Positions 56,494-64,000 of a DNA stretch of 64,000 nt are shown one piece after another. The stretch covers positions 171,188 to 235,187 of the forward strand of contig JACPKM010000001.1 in assembly GCA_016187025.1 (NCBI GenBank). Direction: 5' to 3'. The stretch comes from Candidatus Daviesbacteria bacterium. Lineage in GTDB: Bacteria > Patescibacteriota > Microgenomatia > Daviesbacterales > UBA10151. A program made the translations under genes and the position numbers. The notes under the pieces are model-generated. The model did no database searches, was not told the DNA's origin, and saw only the letters and a program-made list of their open reading frames with translations. The number at the start of each line of letters is the position of its first letter. Position 1 is the stretch's first letter.

Positions 56494-57449
56494 GCTATGG
56501 GAGGAAGGTTTATCAGCTGGACTTCGGGTTCAAGGGTGATTCCAAACTTTTGTTTGACCTTTTCAGCATACTTTTTTGCTAAGTTGTAGAAATCTTTAGC
56601 AGTACCGGTACCATTATTAATAAATAGGTTGGCATGATAAGAGGCAATCTCTATCCCATCTATCCTATCTCCCTTTGCTCCGACCATCTCAAGTAATGCT
56701 CCAGCCGGGACTTTTCCATAAACTATTTTTTCTTTTGGAATATTTACTAAGACATCTGTTGAAAGTTCTGATGCAACGAAGTTTTTATAAAAAGAACCAG
56801 GGCATTTTATTCCTGGAGGGTATTTTCCATCGCGTTTTCTTTTTATCTCTTCAGATTCTTTTTTTAGTTCTTCTAAATTTCCAGGAGTCAAATCAAAATT
56901 TGCTTCTAAAATAATTAGATTATTTCGCTTAAAGTTACTATCTCTATAACCAAATCCGCACTCTTCCGTTTTTAAAACTACCTTTTCTTCGCTTGTAGGA
57001 TCAAAGCAGATAAGCTCTACTAGCTTATCTGAAATACCACTTCCATATGCTCCGGCATTTCCATAGATTGCTCCACCTACAGTTCCTGGAACTCCTGTTA
57101 ACTTGTTTATTCCAGTCAGACCTTTTTCAATTGTAAAATTAACCAGATCTTGCAAAATTGTACCTGATTTAACTATTAAATTATTGCCCTTTTGAAAAAT
57201 TCCAGTAATTCTATTTTGGATTACCAATTTTTCTACACCTTCATCAGCAACCAACAGATTGCTACCCCCACCAATAACTAAAAATGGTAGGTTTTTTTGT
57301 CTGGCATACGTTATTGCCTCTATGAGTTCTTTTTCGGTTTGGACGCTGACAAATTCTTTAGCCGGGCCACCAATTTTCAGAGTAGTTACCTGGCTAAGCA
57401 AATAGTTATTTTGAAAATTCATGGAGTAATTATACATTTTATTTATCAA
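56490..57449 (-). CDS. murB: UDP-N-acetylenolpyruvoylglucosamine reductase
   Basis: FAD-binding TLKIGGPAKEFVSVQTEKELIEAITYARQKNLPFLVIGGGSNLL and the MurB C-terminal domain. Confidence 0.85.
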   Translation of the reverse strand: MINKMYNYSMNFQNNYLLSQVTTLKIGGPAKEFVSVQTEKELIEAITYARQKNLPFLVIGGGSNLLVADEGVEKLVIQNRITGIFQKGNNLIVKSGTILQDLVNFTIEKGLTGINKLTGVPGTVGGAIYGNAGAYGSGISDKLVELICFDPTSEEKVVLKTEECGFGYRDSNFKRNNLIILEANFDLTPGNLEELKKESEEIKRKRDGKYPPGIKCPGSFYKNFVASELSTDVLVNIPKEKIVYGKVPAGALLEMVGAKGDRIDGIEIASYHANLFINNGTGTAKDFYNLAKKYAEKVKQKFGITLEPEVQLINLPPIA

Positions 57450-57468
57450 CTTGTGGTAAATTACCCAT

Positions 57469-58335
57469 ATGGAAAAAGCGATTTTAAAAACCTCAGCTTA
57501 TGCTGATATTTTTGACTACCCTCTTAAGCCATATGAAATTCACAAATGGTTAATTTCAAAAAAAGCTACAACCCATCAAGTTGAAAAAGCAATTAAAAGG
57601 CTTGAGGGTAGATTAAAAGTGAAGAGTAAGGATGGATATATCTTTTTGCCTGGCAGGCAAAGTATTGTTAAAAAAAGAATAAACAGAGAAAAACAATCTC
57701 AAAAATATTTATTTAGAGCAAAGATTATTGCTTTTGTTTTTAAAATTATCCCCTGGATAAAATTAGTAGGTGTATCCGGGAGCTTGGCAGTGGAAAATGC
57801 CCAAAAGGATTCTGATATAGATTTATTTATTATTACTTCATACAAGAGAATGTGGTTATCAAGGATGTTGACTATTTGGATAACCGATTTTCTAGGTATT
57901 AGACGCGAAAGGGAAAATAAACAAGATGAGGTTTTAGGAAAAGTTTGTCTGAATTTATATATAGATCAAAATAATTTAGAGCAAGAAAACAAAGATCTGT
58001 ATACAGCCCATGAGGTTTTACAGATGCGGGTATTGTGGCAAAGGGAAAATACCTATAAAAAGTTTTTAGATGTAAATTCCTGGGTGTTTGAGTTTTTACC
58101 CAACTGGGCAACAGGACAAATAAGGAGTGAGAAGTTGGTAGTTAAACCTAAGCCCCATATTCTAACTTCAACATTGGATTTTTTAGAAAGAATAGCCGGA
58201 AGGATACAGAGAAAGTATATGGGTAAACCAACAGGCGCAGAAAGAATTTCAGATAAAGCTTTGTTTTTTCATCCAGAGGACTGCCGCTTAGAAACCTTAG
58301 AAAAGTTTAAACGGAAAACAAGGCTAATTTTTTAG
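57469..58335 (+). CDS. Nucleotidyltransferase-domain (Pol-beta superfamily) protein
   Basis: VGVSGSLAVENAQKDSDIDLFII matches GS-x9-13-DxD of minimal nucleotidyltransferases. Confidence 0.5.
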   Translation: MEKAILKTSAYADIFDYPLKPYEIHKWLISKKATTHQVEKAIKRLEGRLKVKSKDGYIFLPGRQSIVKKRINREKQSQKYLFRAKIIAFVFKIIPWIKLVGVSGSLAVENAQKDSDIDLFIITSYKRMWLSRMLTIWITDFLGIRRERENKQDEVLGKVCLNLYIDQNNLEQENKDLYTAHEVLQMRVLWQRENTYKKFLDVNSWVFEFLPNWATGQIRSEKLVVKPKPHILTSTLDFLERIAGRIQRKYMGKPTGAERISDKALFFHPEDCRLETLEKFKRKTRLIF

Positions 58336-58425
58336 CAGTACTTGACAAAGTTTGCTAGAGTCTGGTATATATTTATTTCGATAACTGCTCTGCTGATATT
58401 TAAGCTTCAGTAAATTTTTAAAAAT

Positions 58426-58755
58426 ATGGCAAAAACAAAGATTGATAGTAGTAGTACCTCTGCTCTAAGGGTTAAGCCTTTAATGGGTTATGTGCTGGTA
58501 TCCCCTCAAGAAGCAGAGAGTAAGTTGCCTTCCGGAATAATTCTGCCAGAATCTGCTCAAGAAAAACCAGCTCAAGGTAGTGTAATTGCTTGTGGTGATG
58601 ATATGGTTTTAGAAAATGGAAAAGTATTAAAATGTCCTGTGAAAGTTGGGGATGTTGTGGTATATAAGAAATGGGGTGGAGATGAGATAAAAATTTCCGG
58701 AAAAGAATATAAATTAGTAAAATTTGATGATTTGATGGCAATATTGGAAGGGTAA
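58426..58755 (+). CDS. groS: Co-chaperonin GroES (with ~15-aa N-terminal extension)
   Basis: [42 protein letters not shown] matches GroES. It is directly upstream of groEL. Confidence 0.9.
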   Translation: MAKTKIDSSSTSALRVKPLMGYVLVSPQEAESKLPSGIILPESAQEKPAQGSVIACGDDMVLENGKVLKCPVKVGDVVVYKKWGGDEIKISGKEYKLVKFDDLMAILEG

Positions 58756-58760
58756 AAAAT

Positions 58761-60383
58761 ATGGCAAAGATACTTTTATTTGATAGTAATGCTAGAGAAA
58801 AACTTTTAAAGGGTATTAATACCTTAACTGAGGCTGTGGCTTCCACTTTGGGTCCAAAGGGGAGAAATGTTGCTTTAGATAAAAAATGGGGTGCTCCCCA
58901 GGTTGTCCATGATGGGGTGACTGTTGCCAAAGAAATAGATTTGGAAGATCCATTTGAGAATATGGGTGCCCAACTTGTTAAAGAAGCAGCCTCAAAAACA
59001 AATGATGTTGCAGGAGATGGAACCACTACTGCTACCATTTTAACTCAAGCTATAGTTTCTGAAGGGTTGAAAAACATCCAGGCCGGAGCAAACCCAATGG
59101 TTCTAAGAAAAGGGATTGAAAAAGCGGTTGATACTTTGGTGGTAGAGCTGCGGAAGATGAGTAAAAAAGTAACTACTCCAGAAGAAACTACCCAGGTTGC
59201 AACAATTTCTGCCCAAGATGAAGAAATTGGGAGGTTAATCTCTGAAGCTATTGCAAAGGTTGGCAAAGATGGAGTTATAACTGTGGAAGAAGGCAAGGGG
59301 TTAGAGATGAATGTTGAGTATAAGGAAGGAATGGAATTTGATAAGGGGTTTGTTTCCCCATATTTTGTAACTGATACAGACAGGATGGAATCATCTGTAG
59401 AAGATGCTCTGGTATTAATTACTGATAAGAAAATCTCTGCTGCACAAGACTTGGTTCCATTTTTGGAAAAATTTGTCCAGGTTTCAAAGAATTTGGTCAT
59501 CATTGCAGACGAAGTTGAAGGTGAAGCTTTAGCATTATTGGTAGTTAATAAACTAAGAGGAACCATCAACGTGTTGGCAGTAAATGCTCCTGGATTTGGC
59601 GATCGAAGAAAAGAAATGTTACAAGATATTGCTATTTTAACCGGTGGAACAGTTATTTCTGAAGATACTGGAAGAAAAATTGACTCAGTAGAACTGGAAG
59701 ATCTGGGAAGGGTTGGTAGGGTAACTTCCACTAAAGACGAAACTTTAATTGTTGATGGAAAAGGGCAAAAATCAAAAATTGATGCCCGGATTTCTCAAAT
59801 AAGAAGAGAGCTTGATGCAACTGATTCTGAATTTGACAAAGAAAAACTGCAGGAAAGACTGGCAAAGCTAACTGGTGGAGTAGCAGTCATTAATGTTGGT
59901 GCAGCAACAGAGATTGAGATGAAGGAGAAAAAAGAAAGAGTGATTGATGCTGTGGCTGCAACAAAGGCTGCAATCGAGGAGGGAATTGTTCCGGGTGGAG
60001 AAGTGGCTTTGCTCCGTGCTGCTAAAGCTTTAGACTCTCTTAAATTAGAAGGTGAGGAAAAAACCGGAGTTGAAATTGTTAAGAAAGCAATTGAGGGTCC
60101 ATTTAATAAGTTAATGGAAAATGCCGGATTTAATGCCGGTATGATGATGAAGGTTGTAATGGATGTAACAGATTCATTTGGAGTTGATGTTTCAGACGGA
60201 GCTGTAAAAGATTTAGTAAAAGCCGGGGTGATTGATCCGGTAAAAGTTACCCGTTCTGCTTTACAGAACGCTGCATCGGTTGCCATAATGGTGATGGTTA
60301 CAAATGTTTTAATAACAGATGCACCGGAAAAATCCGGCCCCGCCGGACCTCAAGTGCCAGCAGGCGGCATGGGTGAATATTAG
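58761..60383 (+). CDS. groL: Chaperonin GroEL
   Basis: Canonical GroEL throughout ([19 protein letters not shown]-binding GDGTTTAT). The C-terminus ends GGMGEY without extended GGM repeats. Confidence 0.95.
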   Translation: MAKILLFDSNAREKLLKGINTLTEAVASTLGPKGRNVALDKKWGAPQVVHDGVTVAKEIDLEDPFENMGAQLVKEAASKTNDVAGDGTTTATILTQAIVSEGLKNIQAGANPMVLRKGIEKAVDTLVVELRKMSKKVTTPEETTQVATISAQDEEIGRLISEAIAKVGKDGVITVEEGKGLEMNVEYKEGMEFDKGFVSPYFVTDTDRMESSVEDALVLITDKKISAAQDLVPFLEKFVQVSKNLVIIADEVEGEALALLVVNKLRGTINVLAVNAPGFGDRRKEMLQDIAILTGGTVISEDTGRKIDSVELEDLGRVGRVTSTKDETLIVDGKGQKSKIDARISQIRRELDATDSEFDKEKLQERLAKLTGGVAVINVGAATEIEMKEKKERVIDAVAATKAAIEEGIVPGGEVALLRAAKALDSLKLEGEEKTGVEIVKKAIEGPFNKLMENAGFNAGMMMKVVMDVTDSFGVDVSDGAVKDLVKAGVIDPVKVTRSALQNAASVAIMVMVTNVLITDAPEKSGPAGPQVPAGGMGEY

Positions 60384-60413
60384 CCCCAGAAGGCTTATGG
60401 TAAACTTAAGTTA

Positions 60414-61010
60414 ATGTCTAAGTTTCATTATAAGGAATCTCCTAGTCTAAAGCAGATAAAAGCTTTTAAGCCTTTTCTTTCTGAGGATGAAGAGTTAGTT
60501 TTAGTTACAGGACTAAGTCCTGCCTTTTTGCGTTCTAAATTTGCTATCTATTTTTTATTCCCTGGAATAATTTTTGGAGCAATTGGTTTTGCTATCGGTT
60601 GGATTTTAAACTTAAACCCCGGGTATTCCCTTTTAATAGCGCTAACACTGATGAGTATTATAGGGGGAATGAAAACTATGCACGAAAACCATGCTAATAG
60701 ATACTTGTTTACTACCAGAAGAATTATAATAAAGCATGGGGTTTTTTCTACTAAACTCACAGCTGCGCTTTATGACAAGATTACGCATCTTGAGGTAGAC
60801 CAGACCTTTGTTGACAGGATGCTTTTTCATCACGGTGATGTTATTGTTAACACTGCCGGGTTAAACAAAGGAGAAATTATTTTGAAATACGTTGATTATC
60901 CAATGGAGTTAAAAAACCTACTAGAGCGGTTAATTAACCGGGAAAGAGAATTGTATGGTAGACAGACAACAACTCTTACAGCAGTAGAGGGTGAAGTTTT
61001 AGACAACTGA
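60414..61010 (+). CDS. Membrane protein with bacterial PH (YdbS/YdbT-like, bPH_2) domain
   Basis: Two TM, then LFTTRRIIIKHGVFSTKLTAALYDKITHLEVDQTFVDRMLFHHGDVIVNTAG, typical of bPH_2. Confidence 0.55.
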   Translation: MSKFHYKESPSLKQIKAFKPFLSEDEELVLVTGLSPAFLRSKFAIYFLFPGIIFGAIGFAIGWILNLNPGYSLLIALTLMSIIGGMKTMHENHANRYLFTTRRIIIKHGVFSTKLTAALYDKITHLEVDQTFVDRMLFHHGDVIVNTAGLNKGEIILKYVDYPMELKNLLERLINRERELYGRQTTTLTAVEGEVLDN

Positions 61011-61013
61011 GGA

Positions 61014-61739
61014 TTATTTTAAGTCAGGTTTTAGTGTCCTGCTATATTCAGGTGAATCATTGAGACTACCTTCTTTTGCCAGCCTTTGAGTATCTGGTGT
61101 AGGAAAGTTTGGTAGGTTTGGCAATAAAGCCATAGGATCAATATGTTTTCCATCCTTTGTAATTTCTAGGTGAGTATGTGGTCCAGAAGTCCAGCCTGTC
61201 AATCCTACTTCTCCTAAAATTGTCTCACTGGTTACATTTTGGTCTTTTGCTACGTATACTCTTCCCATATGAGCATACATTGATTTATACCCATCCTGGT
61301 GAGAAATTAATACATAATTGCCATACCCCCAAAAACCAAATGCTATCTCTTCTACCACTCCAGGATTAATAGGATGTATTGGCATGCCCAACCCTGTTGC
61401 AATATCTACTCCCGGGTGATAGTTGGAATAGACTGTTGAAAGATATCCTGGATGAGGTAAGATGATGGGGGTAGGAAAAGAGGTGGAGATTACCTCCCCT
61501 GATTGTTGTGGTTCCCCGGCTATAGCTACTTTTGTCCTAATGGGAGGAATGGCAAAGGTTGGATAGTATCCAAGCAGCGAAAATACTATTAAAATTGCAA
61601 TGCCAGATTTAGATAGAATCCTGATAAGTCTTAAAACCCCTTTGGTAACTTCAGACTTAATGTTCAAAACTTTCCAATTTAGGGCGACCCTTTTGGATAG
61701 CTTTTTAGCCAAAAAGTTTTTTATATATTTGTTTAACAC
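61014..61739 (-). CDS. M23-family (LytM-like) peptidoglycan metallo-endopeptidase, membrane anchored
   Basis: HxxxD (HPGVDIA), and H-x-H in GLTGWTSGPHTHLEI. N-terminal TM. Confidence 0.8.
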   Translation of the reverse strand: MLNKYIKNFLAKKLSKRVALNWKVLNIKSEVTKGVLRLIRILSKSGIAILIVFSLLGYYPTFAIPPIRTKVAIAGEPQQSGEVISTSFPTPIILPHPGYLSTVYSNYHPGVDIATGLGMPIHPINPGVVEEIAFGFWGYGNYVLISHQDGYKSMYAHMGRVYVAKDQNVTSETILGEVGLTGWTSGPHTHLEITKDGKHIDPMALLPNLPNFPTPDTQRLAKEGSLNDSPEYSRTLKPDLK

Positions 61740-61844
61740 AAAAAACCAAGCCCATGGACAGCTTGGAATACCTGCAATTGTATCAGGTCTGAGCCTAAAA
61801 GTAAAGTTTAGTGAGAAAGAGAAAGTTAGGGTATAATTTAAATT

Positions 61845-62648
61845 ATGAAGAAAACAATTGTTGCAATACTGGTTTTAGTTAGTGTGATTTTTCTCTTACT
61901 CAGGTTTTTGAGTCTGAGCCCTGCCTTCTTGGGTTTTGAGCAAAAAAGCGGAGTAAGGGTTCTATCTCTTCCTGAAAAGGCTAAAGTTTTTATTAATGGA
62001 CAAAAGGTGGGAGTAACCCCATATGAAGACCAAGGCTTATCTGCCAAAGAATATCACATCAAGCTAGAATTTGATCAAAGCAGATGGGAAGGTAAAGTAA
62101 AACTTATCTCCGGTACCCTAACAGTTGTTAACAGAGAGTTGACCAAAGATGCTAACCTTTCAGCAGGTGAAACATTAACTTTAGAAAAAGGAAAAGGATT
62201 AATTGTAGTGTCTAACCCATCTGATGCCGAAGTTGAGATAGATGGTAAATATTTTGGGAAAACTCCCTTAAACATAGATTTAAAGCCTAGTGAGCATACA
62301 GTGGCTCTTTCTCATCCCAGTTATTTAAAAAGAAGTATCAGGGCAAATATTCCTGATGGATTCAGGTTAACCTTGTCAGTTGATTTAGGTTTGTCTGAAG
62401 TTGATTTAACGGCCAGCAACACTCCAGTTACAACAAATACCCAACTGGTTATTGTTAAATCAACTCCAACGGGTTTTTTAAGAGTTAGAGATAGAGGGTC
62501 AATTGCCGGAAATGAAGTGGCAAGAGTCAGTCCAGGAGATGAGTTAGTTTTATTGGAAGAAGGGGCGCAGTGGGATAGGGTAAGGTTACCTGATGGGAAA
62601 GAGGGTTTTGTATCTAAAAGTTATATAGAGAAAAAACAAACACCTTAA
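61845..62648 (+). CDS. Membrane-anchored protein with two PEGA domains and C-terminal SH3b domain
   Basis: PEKAKVFINGQKVGVTPYE and PSDAEVEIDGKYFGKTPLNI are PEGA-like. The C-terminus GDELVLLEEGAQWDRVRLPDGKEGFVSKSYI is SH3_3-like. Confidence 0.6.
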   Translation: MKKTIVAILVLVSVIFLLLRFLSLSPAFLGFEQKSGVRVLSLPEKAKVFINGQKVGVTPYEDQGLSAKEYHIKLEFDQSRWEGKVKLISGTLTVVNRELTKDANLSAGETLTLEKGKGLIVVSNPSDAEVEIDGKYFGKTPLNIDLKPSEHTVALSHPSYLKRSIRANIPDGFRLTLSVDLGLSEVDLTASNTPVTTNTQLVIVKSTPTGFLRVRDRGSIAGNEVARVSPGDELVLLEEGAQWDRVRLPDGKEGFVSKSYIEKKQTP

Positions 62649-63577
62649 CCCCTGAGATAATAGATAATTCCTACTACCAAAATCAGCCAAAGTAAAACAG
62701 TAGATAAAAGTGGTGTGTCTGTTAAAATAACTCTTTCTGGAGATTCTCCTTCCTTCTTCTCATAAATAATGTATAGGTATCTCATCACCGCATATATTAC
62801 TATTGGGACAGTTGCCATCAAATATTTTGCTTCTGAAAAAGGCAGTTCTAAATCAAACAAGAAATTAGATAAAGATTGTCTGGCAACAATCGGCGGTTGT
62901 AAAAAAGCAAAAAAAGCATAAGTTAGCCAAGTGGAATTGGCAAACATGGCGGTTAAAATATCCAGTAAGTTTTCAGGATAATGCAGCAGTGTTTCCCGAT
63001 GCTTTGCTGCCTGAGTTGTCATTAAAGTTAATTCTGAGCGCCTTTTTCCTATTGCCAGAAAAAGAGCAAAAGAGGTAACAGATAGTAGAAACCACACATT
63101 AAGATGTGCATCTATTGCCCACACTCCGGCATAAACCCTTAAAACAAATCCGGCAGCAATTACCATCACATCCAGCAATATTACTTGTTTTAAGTAAGCT
63201 GAATAAAATATCTGCATAATTGAATAAGTTAAGACTGCCAGAAAAAATGCAGTGGAAAGCGTAAAAGATAAGGGGATTAAAACAATAAATAATATTAAAG
63301 AGATGGTAATAGCCAGAGGAATCGGTACAACTCCTGATGCGATAGGACGTTTTCTCTTAAATGGATGGAGCCTGTCTCTTTCAACATCAAAAACATCATT
63401 TAGAAAATAGACTGCAGAAGATATCCCACAAAAAATCAAAAAAGCAAAAAGAGTTTTTAATTGGTTGCTTTGATCAAAAAGAGTACCGGAGAAAATTAAA
63501 GCAGCAAAAACAGCGAAGTTTTTTATCCACTGTCTTGGCCTTGACGTTTTGATAATCCCCCAAAGAAGTTGAGCCAT
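62645..63577 (-). CDS. UbiA-family prenyltransferase (decaprenyl-phosphate phosphoribosyltransferase-like)
   Basis: YFLNDVFDVERDRLHPFKRKRPIASG matches the NDxxDxxxDRxHPxKxxRP motif of DPPR-synthase-type UbiA enzymes. About 8 TM. Confidence 0.7.
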   Translation of the reverse strand: MAQLLWGIIKTSRPRQWIKNFAVFAALIFSGTLFDQSNQLKTLFAFLIFCGISSAVYFLNDVFDVERDRLHPFKRKRPIASGVVPIPLAITISLILFIVLIPLSFTLSTAFFLAVLTYSIMQIFYSAYLKQVILLDVMVIAAGFVLRVYAGVWAIDAHLNVWFLLSVTSFALFLAIGKRRSELTLMTTQAAKHRETLLHYPENLLDILTAMFANSTWLTYAFFAFLQPPIVARQSLSNFLFDLELPFSEAKYLMATVPIVIYAVMRYLYIIYEKKEGESPERVILTDTPLLSTVLLWLILVVGIIYYLRG

Positions 63578-64000
63578 AATATGGTTCCTAAAACTACAGC
63601 TCCTACCAGGATAGCTGCAAAAAGCTTGCCTTTGCTATTTAAAGTAATGGCAGCTACCCCCAGAATAGCACTTCCAATTATGTAAAACAAGCTAATCTGT
63701 TGATGATTTAATCCTAAATCCAGGAGTTTATGATGCAGGTGTCCCCGGTCACCCCAAACAGGAGATTTGCCTTGTAAAATTCTTCTCCAAAAGGTGTAGA
63801 TAAAATCTGTAGCTGGAACAAGTAGCACCAGTCCTGCTGTTGCGAGTTTTGCTCCTGATAAAATAGCAAGAACAGCAATTAAAAACCCCAGAATTGTTGA
63901 TCCGGAAAATGCAGGTAAGATTTTAGACGGATACCAATTAAAAATTAGTAAACCCGCTGAAGCGCCAGCTGTTATAAAAGCCAGTTTTGCGCTAGTAAGC
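63523..64000 (-). CDS. Glycosyltransferase family 4 (MraY/WecA-like) polyprenyl-phosphate sugar-phosphate transferase, 3' part; gene continues beyond the window
   Basis: C-terminal DRGHLHHKLLDLGL motif. The reading frame stays open to position 64000 (…LLIFNWYPSKILPAFSGSTILGF…). It overlaps the UbiA gene by about 55 nt. Confidence 0.65.
   Translation of the reverse strand, partial: LTSAKLAFITAGASAGLLIFNWYPSKILPAFSGSTILGFLIAVLAILSGAKLATAGLVLLVPATDFIYTFWRRILQGKSPVWGDRGHLHHKLLDLGLNHQQISLFYIIGSAILGVAAITLNSKGKLFAAILVGAVVLGTILWLNFFGGLSKRQGQDSG

Noticed and set aside
58426-58470. GroES N-terminal 15-aa extension as a possible mis-called start
   Set aside because: The only alternative Met (M20) would remove the conserved KPL segment, so the upstream ATG is retained.
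1-64000. CRISPR arrays, tRNA and rRNA genes
   Set aside because: No regularly spaced direct repeats with unique spacers were seen. The intergenic regions are short and showed no tRNA-like acceptor/T-arm patterns (no GTTCGA/GGTTCGAATCC-type motifs noticed). There is no rRNA-like conserved sequence. A covariance-model scan would be needed to be sure.

Overview
AT-rich, gene-dense bacterial chromosome segment. The short YidC, short ValRS, many toxin-antitoxin pairs and envelope genes suggest a reduced CPR/Patescibacteria-like genome; this is inference. Standard code 11 applies: dnaN and the VirB4 N-fragment both end in TGA. The window holds the replication-origin neighbourhood: dnaA and dnaN on the minus strand with DnaA-box clusters on both sides of dnaA, then rpmH-rnpA-yidD-yidC-jag on the plus strand. 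Directly beside the origin, at about 31-13860, is a Gram-positive-type type IV secretion-like locus. It has two VirB2/TrbC-like pilin candidates, a VirB6-like polytopic protein, a PrgI/VirB3-like 2-TM protein, a VirB4 ATPase split into two ORFs, and a VirB1-like lytic-transglycosylase plus C39-like peptidase. I see no relaxase or VirD4 coupling protein. That locus is interrupted at 2511-7355 by an opposite-strand trio with a distinct composition: a chimeric OmpR-type winged-helix regulator lacking a receiver domain, a Zn-ribbon protein and an 879-aa charged hydrophilic protein. Downstream lie cell-envelope polysaccharide genes and a TA-rich accessory stretch (Phd-PIN, MazEF, VapBC, a DUF4143 AAA ATPase, and a low-confidence capsid-like hypothetical). 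At the tsaD 5' end there is an island-like region flanked by a three-copy ~40-nt repeat and a duplicated tsaD start, carrying a ParA/MinD-like gene with an in-frame TGA at the P-loop lysine. The rest is housekeeping genes. No CRISPR array and no tRNA or rRNA gene was recognised.
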